Assembly (NCBI RefSeq): GCF_000039765.1
Contig: NC_004459.3
Span: 1,320,001-1,352,000, forward strand
DNA: 32,000 nucleotides
Reading direction: 5' to 3'
Source: Vibrio vulnificus CMCP6
Lineage (GTDB): Bacteria > Pseudomonadota > Gammaproteobacteria > Enterobacterales > Vibrionaceae
This document shows, piece after piece, positions 27,582 to 32,000 of the stretch. A program made the position numbers and the translations under genes. Under the pieces are notes generated by a model. That model did no database searches. It was not told where the DNA came from and worked only from the letters and a program-made list of their open reading frames with translations. How positions within the stretch are numbered: the first letter of the stretch is position 1; each line of letters begins with the position of its first letter.

Positions 27582-28121
27582 TTAGCCGAGGATATCCAGT
27601 TCGGCTAACACTTCTTCTGCCCAGCGTACCCAAGCTTCACGCATCATCAAATTACGTCGCAAGGTGAGGCGCTCTAGGCGGCCTTGCTTATCCAGTGTCG
27701 ATGGTGTCGCGTAGTAAGCGGCTTCAATTTCTTTGTAGTGTGAGACAAGCTTGCGAGACTCTTCTACTAACTCAGCAAGCTGAGCGCGGTAAGGCGCAGA
27801 GGGTTGTACTGAGCAAGCCATCAGTTTTGCTGAAAACTCGTCGCGTACAGTTGGGTGAGCTGTCGGTTGATCAAACCACTCACCTAATGCTGAGCGTCCA
27901 GCGTCGGTAATTGAATAAACTTTGCGATCCGGCTTGCCTTCTTGCGGTTCCAATACACAAGTTACCAGCTCTTTCTCTGCCATTTTATTCAGCTCACGGT
28001 ACACCTGTTGGTGACTTGCTTTCCAAAAGTAGCCGATAGAAGCGGAGAATTCTTTAGTGATATCGTAACCGGTCGCATCACGAGTGCTTAAAACGGTTAG
28101 AATTACGTGTGGTAATGACAT
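27582..28121 (-). CDS. aphA: PadR-family winged-helix regulator AphA (Vibrio low-cell-density quorum-sensing master regulator), 179 aa
   Basis: I recognise MSLPHVILTVLSTRDATGYDITKEFSASIGYFWKASHQQVYRELNKM...KPDRKVYSIT as Vibrio AphA. As I recall, aphA also neighbours ppc-argE in V. cholerae. I chose ATG 28121 over the track's TTG 28193. Confidence 0.8.
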   Translation of the reverse strand: MSLPHVILTVLSTRDATGYDITKEFSASIGYFWKASHQQVYRELNKMAEKELVTCVLEPQEGKPDRKVYSITDAGRSALGEWFDQPTAHPTVRDEFSAKLMACSVQPSAPYRAQLAELVEESRKLVSHYKEIEAAYYATPSTLDKQGRLERLTLRRNLMMREAWVRWAEEVLAELDILG

Positions 28122-28231
28122 GTCTTCAATCCAAATGGTCAATAAACTTATGAACAAGCTGCCTGCACGGCGTTTACATTCTTGTTGATGCAATTTGTTT
28201 ATGTGCAGTCAGCACCAACAATGTTGGTCCT

Positions 28232-28259
28232 GTCACCTTTAAAGCCGTTTATCACCTAG
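28232..28259 (-). promoter_or_regulatory. Candidate Qrr sRNA pairing segments in the aphA 5' leader
   Basis: The aphA-sense RNA contains CUAGGUGA (28259-28252) and AGGUGAC (28238-28232). Both are complementary to the conserved Qrr core ..GGUCACCUAG.. as I remember it. They lie 111-138 nt upstream of the ATG. Confidence 0.3.
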
Positions 28260-28326
28260 GGTGGATGGAGCGATTCCATCAGGCTGCAGAAATAATATTT
28301 TGATGTGTGATCCGCAGCGGATGAGT

Positions 28327-28332
28327 AGTATA
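28327..28332 (-). promoter_or_regulatory. Candidate aphA -10 hexamer (TATACT)
   Basis: The minus strand reads TATACT and no convincing -35 is present. It would place the TSS near 28320 and give a leader of about 200 nt. That spacing puts the candidate LuxR/HapR site near -70, matching my recollection of the V. cholerae aphA promoter. Confidence 0.3.
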
Positions 28333-28377
28333 TCTAAATAATAAGCATAAAGTGGAATAGCAGGACAATATTACCCA

Positions 28378-28401
28378 AAAAACTAACAAAATGCTCAATA
28401 G
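28378..28401 (-). promoter_or_regulatory. Candidate LuxR/HapR-type operator upstream of aphA
   Basis: The aphA-sense strand reads CTATTGAGCATTTTGTTAGTTTT. The left half, TATTGA, matches the LuxR/HapR half-site TTATTGATA. The right half is degenerate. Confidence 0.3.
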
Positions 28402-28691
28402 TGAATTTTGGTAGAATAACACGCTTTAAATGTGCGTCATTTCGTTTTTAATCTAGCTTAATATTCTGGTTTTTTGTTGTTGTGCTTACATGGTGATGGT
28501 GATCTAGAGCACAGAATGAGTAATTTTTATAAAATGCCAGCAAGGATGAATTGTGGCTGAAATGAGTTCTTGAAACGCCTGATGATGCTTTCCGCTTAAT
28601 GAGAGAAGTGGGGAGAGAATGTCAGTTGCAAGAGGAAAAATGGCATGAGGCCATTGAAGAATGAGAGTGGTATTGGATGGGTTCCGAAACC

Positions 28692-28722
28692 AAAAGAGCT
28701 GGCGTAAGTCGCCAGCTCTTTT
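28692..28722 (-). terminator. Rho-independent terminator of ppc
   Basis: AAAAGAGCTGGCG (28692-28704) / CGCCAGCTCTTTT (28710-28722) with loop TAAGT. On the minus strand it is followed by TTTTGGTTT. It lies 15 nt after the ppc stop. Confidence 0.9.
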
Positions 28723-28736
28723 ACGTCTAAATGAAC

Positions 28737-31370
28737 TTAACCTGTGTTACGCATACCTGCGGCGATACCCGCGATGGTCACCATCAACGCTTCTTCAAGC
28801 GCTTCCGATACCACGCCTGCTTGGCGAGTGCGGTAAAGCAGTTCTGCTTGAAGCATATTCAACGGTTCGATGTAGATATTACGTAGTCGAATAGACTCTT
28901 GACCCCAAGGATCGCTTTGCATCAAGTTCTCGTTGTTTTCGACGTTAAGCACGGCTTTGATGTCGCTTTGCAGCTGATCACGTAAACGATCACCCAGAGG
29001 TAGCAGCGATTTGTCGGCGAGACGTTCATCATAGTAACGAGAAATCTCACTGTTACACTTGAGGTACACCATCTCAAGCATGCCCAAACGCGTGGAGAAA
29101 AATGGCCATTCACGGCACATTTCTTCCAAAAGCGCTTGATGGCCTTTGTCAATCGAGTACTGAATCGCTTCACCAGCACCTAACCACGCAGGCAATAGCA
29201 AGCGGTTTTGGCTCCAAGAGAAAATCCAAGGAATCGCACGTAGGCTTTCCACGCCACCATTTGGGTTACGCTTGGCAGGGCGAGAGCCTAGAGGCAGTTT
29301 ACCCAACTCCAGCTCAGGTGTTGCTTGGCGGAAGTAAGGGACAAAGTCTGGCTCACCACGAACCACACTGCGGTAGGCTTCACAGCTTACTTGCGACAGC
29401 ACTTCCATCAGATCGCGCCACTCTTGTTTTGGCTCTGGTGGTGGTAGCAAATTAGCTTCAAGGATCGCACTGGCGTACATGTTGAAGCTATTAACGGCCA
29501 CATCAGGCAAACCGAGTTTGAAGCGAATCATCTCACCTTGTTCGGTGACGCGTAGGCCGCCTTTCAAGCTCTTTGGTGGTTGAGAGAGCAGCGCTGCATG
29601 AGCGGGTGCACCGCCACGACCAATGGTACCGCCACGGCCGTGGAATAAGGTCAGCTCAATGCCTTCTTGTTCAGCGACGTTCACTAAGGCTTCCATTGCA
29701 TGGTATTGAGCCCAACCCGCCGCCATTACGCCCGCGTCTTTTGCTGAGTCGGAATAACCGATCATCACCATTTGATGGTTTTGAATAAAGCCACGATAGA
29801 GGTCAATGCTCATCAATTGTTTGATCACCGCTTCGGCGTTGTTTAGATCGTCGAGCGTTTCAAACAGCGGGCAAACGTCCATGCGATAAGGACAGCCTGA
29901 TTCTTGCAGCAGTAGATGCACCGCGAGTACATCAGAGGCAGTCTTGGCCATCGAGATGACGTAAGCACCAAACGCTTCACGAGATTGCGCGGCAATGATT
30001 TTGCACGTATCGAGCACTTCTTTCACTTGCTCTGAAGGTTGCCAGTCACGTGGTAGCAATGGGCGCTTCGATGCCAATTCATTGGTCAAGAACGCGATTT
30101 TGTCTTGTTCGCTCCAGTGATTGTAATCACCAATGCCTAAGTAACGTGTCAGTTCTGAAAGGACGTCAGCGTGACGGGTACTTTCTTGGCGAATGTCCAA
30201 GCGAACCAGATGCACACCAAACGCTTTGACACGACGCAGTGTATCGAGTAGTGAGCCTTCGGCGATCATGCTCATGCCACATTCGCGTAGTGACTGATAA
30301 CAAGCGAAAAGAGGATCCCAAAGTTGCTCAACACTTTGCAGCGGCGCTTTTACTGCCAGCTTCTGGCCGTTAATTTTCGCATCCAGGATCTCTTTGGTAT
30401 CACTCAGCAGCGTGCGCAGTTGTTTCAGGATGGCACGATAAGGCTCGTGTTCATCTTCACCTGCCAATTGACGAACGGTGTCATTGCACTTGGTCATTGA
30501 CAGCTCGCTGATCAACTCATTGATGTCTTTGAGGTAAAGATCCGCCGCTTTCCAGCGCGAGAGTAGCAACACTTCACGTGTCACAGTATGGGTCACAAAC
30601 GGGTTGCCATCTCGGTCACCACCCATCCAAGATGAGAAGTGAACAGGGCGAGCATCAATTGGCAAGCCTTGGTCTAGATAGTCTTTGAGCTTTTCATCGA
30701 GTTCGCGTAGAAAATCTGGCACTGCTTCCCAGAGTGAATTTTCCACTACGGCAAACCCCCACTTCGCTTCATCGAGTGGTGTTGGGCGCTGTTTGCGAAT
30801 CACGTCTGAGTGCCAGCTTTGTGCGATAAGTTGCTCGAGGCGTTTTTCTGTCTTGTGGCGCTCTTTGTAAGAAAGATCGCTCAGCTCTAACTTAGACAGG
30901 CATTCGTTGATTTTGACCAGTTTATTGATCATGGTGCGGCGCGTGATTTCCGTCGGGTGCGCAGTCAGCACCAGTTCAATGTTCAATTCACGAATCGCTT
31001 GGGCGGTATCGAGTTTATTGATGCCGTTTTGACCAAGCTTAGCAAACAGCGTATTGATCGCATCCGGCTCACACACGTGTGCATCGCAATGGCGAGAGAT
31101 GGTGTGGTATTGCTCGGCAATGTTGGTCAAATTCAGAAATTGGTTAAAAGCGCGAGCCACCGGGGTGAGTTGCTCATCTGGCAGGCTTTTGATTTCTTCA
31201 ATCAGGTTGTTACGATCAGCCTGATTGCCTGCGCGGGCAGATTTGGAGAGCTTACGAATGGTCTCCACCTTCTCTAAGATTTCGTCGCCATGGGCCTCTT
31301 GAATGGTGTTACCCAATAAGTGCCCCAACATGCTGACATTACTCTTGAGCGCGGCGTATTTCTCGTTCAT
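28737..31370 (-). CDS. ppc: Phosphoenolpyruvate carboxylase
   Basis: 877 aa from [43 protein letters not shown].. to ..[16 protein letters not shown], collinear with E. coli Ppc end to end. ATG 31370 has an AGGA RBS. The track start at 31403 is rejected. Confidence 0.98.
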   Translation of the reverse strand: MNEKYAALKSNVSMLGHLLGNTIQEAHGDEILEKVETIRKLSKSARAGNQADRNNLIEEIKSLPDEQLTPVARAFNQFLNLTNIAEQYHTISRHCDAHVCEPDAINTLFAKLGQNGINKLDTAQAIRELNIELVLTAHPTEITRRTMINKLVKINECLSKLELSDLSYKERHKTEKRLEQLIAQSWHSDVIRKQRPTPLDEAKWGFAVVENSLWEAVPDFLRELDEKLKDYLDQGLPIDARPVHFSSWMGGDRDGNPFVTHTVTREVLLLSRWKAADLYLKDINELISELSMTKCNDTVRQLAGEDEHEPYRAILKQLRTLLSDTKEILDAKINGQKLAVKAPLQSVEQLWDPLFACYQSLRECGMSMIAEGSLLDTLRRVKAFGVHLVRLDIRQESTRHADVLSELTRYLGIGDYNHWSEQDKIAFLTNELASKRPLLPRDWQPSEQVKEVLDTCKIIAAQSREAFGAYVISMAKTASDVLAVHLLLQESGCPYRMDVCPLFETLDDLNNAEAVIKQLMSIDLYRGFIQNHQMVMIGYSDSAKDAGVMAAGWAQYHAMEALVNVAEQEGIELTLFHGRGGTIGRGGAPAHAALLSQPPKSLKGGLRVTEQGEMIRFKLGLPDVAVNSFNMYASAILEANLLPPPEPKQEWRDLMEVLSQVSCEAYRSVVRGEPDFVPYFRQATPELELGKLPLGSRPAKRNPNGGVESLRAIPWIFSWSQNRLLLPAWLGAGEAIQYSIDKGHQALLEEMCREWPFFSTRLGMLEMVYLKCNSEISRYYDERLADKSLLPLGDRLRDQLQSDIKAVLNVENNENLMQSDPWGQESIRLRNIYIEPLNMLQAELLYRTRQAGVVSEALEEALMVTIAGIAAGMRNTG

Positions 31371-31553
31371 TGTCATCCTGCCTCGTAAAAAAATTACATC
31401 CATTGTTCCTTGTTAAGCCACCAATCTAGCGAAATTTAATATATTTAGTCAAATAAAGCAGACTAAGTTTGCAAATATTCGCTCGCTGTTCTGACTTAAA
31501 GCAAAGTATTGCTTTGTAAATAAACGATATTGAAAATTTATTACAATTTATAA

Positions 31554-31580
31554 GGCAGAGTGGCGCAAGGCAACTCTGCC
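31554..31580 (-). terminator. Probable terminator hairpin after argE
   Basis: GGCAGAGT (31554-31561) / ACTCTGCC (31573-31580), 10 nt after the argE stop. AT-rich sequence follows on the minus strand, with no clean T-run. Confidence 0.5.
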
Positions 31581-31589
31581 GACATGCAG

Positions 31590-32000
31590 CTAAAAACAGT
31601 ATTTGCGCATTGCTTTACTAAGCACGTCAATCGTCGGGTCGATAAAGTCAAACGCCAAGAACTCATCTGGCTGGTGAGCTTGGTCGATAGATCCCGGACC
31701 CAGCACCAGTGTGGGGCAGAGCTGCTGCAAAAATGGCGCTTCGGTACAGTAGTTCACGGTTTGTGATGGTGTACCACAGAGCTCTTCTATGCCATGAATA
31801 AATGGATGATCATGTTGGCACTCGTAACCTGGGATTGGCTCGTGCAGTGGCACGATCTCAATCCGTCCCGGCCATTTTGCTTCCACCTCTTTGAGTGCCC
31901 CACGCAACAGATTATCCAAACCGTCGAGGCTAATGCCAGGAAGAGGTCTTACGTCATAATGCAACTCGCAGCAACCGCAGATGCGGTTGGCACTATCGCC
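31590..32000 (-). CDS. argE: Acetylornithine deacetylase, C-terminal part; the gene continues beyond the window end
   Basis: ..[22 protein letters not shown]...[34 protein letters not shown].. is collinear with the E. coli ArgE C-terminus. The frame is open all the way to position 32000. Confidence 0.93.
   Translation of the reverse strand, partial: GDSANRICGCCELHYDVRPLPGISLDGLDNLLRGALKEVEAKWPGRIEIVPLHEPIPGYECQHDHPFIHGIEELCGTPSQTVNYCTEAPFLQQLCPTLVLGPGSIDQAHQPDEFLAFDFIDPTIDVLSKAMRKYCF

Noticed and set aside
28661-28894. A 77-aa + strand ORF that starts in the aphA-ppc intergenic region and runs through the ppc terminator into the antisense strand of ppc.
   Set aside because: It reads straight through a strong palindromic terminator and the ppc 3' end. 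It has no RBS and no homology. The other mini-ORFs in 28490-28660 are 14 codons or fewer and have no convincing SD.

Overview
This window is conserved core chromosome from a Vibrio-type gammaproteobacterium. The assignment rests on protein identities (AphA, CytR, a short SPOR-type FtsN, RraA with an acidic tail) and on gene order. Every large ORF has an ordinary housekeeping identity.

Genes, in order:
- + strand: tusC' (3' end), tusB, and the str operon rpsL-rpsG-fusA-tufA, then bfd-bfr.
- - strand: galE and tpiA.
- + strand: a CHMI-like tautomerase and a DUF805 membrane protein.
- A divergent pair: a DUF3135-like gene (-) and a Cys-rich wHTH regulator (+).
- - strand: glpX, zapB, rraA, menA, hslU, hslV, ftsN, cytR, priA.
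- + strand: rpmE and a short-form NADP malic enzyme.
- metJ (-), then metB-metL and metF (+).
- - strand: aphA (the PadR-type quorum-sensing regulator), ppc, and argE' (3' part).

From tpiA to argE the order closely follows the E. coli tpiA...glpX-zapB-rraA-menA-hslUV-ftsN-cytR-priA-rpmE-metJBLF...ppc-argE region.

I corrected many ORF-track starts by homology and ribosome-binding-site position: bfd, bfr, the CHMI-like gene, DUF805, DUF3135, the regulator, hslU, ftsN, metL, metF, aphA and ppc.

I see no tRNA or rRNA genes, CRISPR arrays, transposases, integrases, phage genes or pseudogenes. I find no convincing evidence of a novel multi-gene system here.

The items most worth a second look are small-scale:
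1. The ~570-bp aphA upstream region, with candidate LuxR/HapR and Qrr target sites.
2. A 7-nt x 6.7 tandem repeat just upstream of the glpX promoter.
3. The uncharacterised divergent pair of a DUF3135-like gene and a six-cysteine wHTH regulator.
4. A perfect 11-bp inverted repeat in front of the malic-enzyme gene.
5. Terminator-like hairpins inside the str operon.

Textbook regulatory sites (Fur box, MetJ boxes, sigma32 promoter, CRP site) are readable directly in the sequence.
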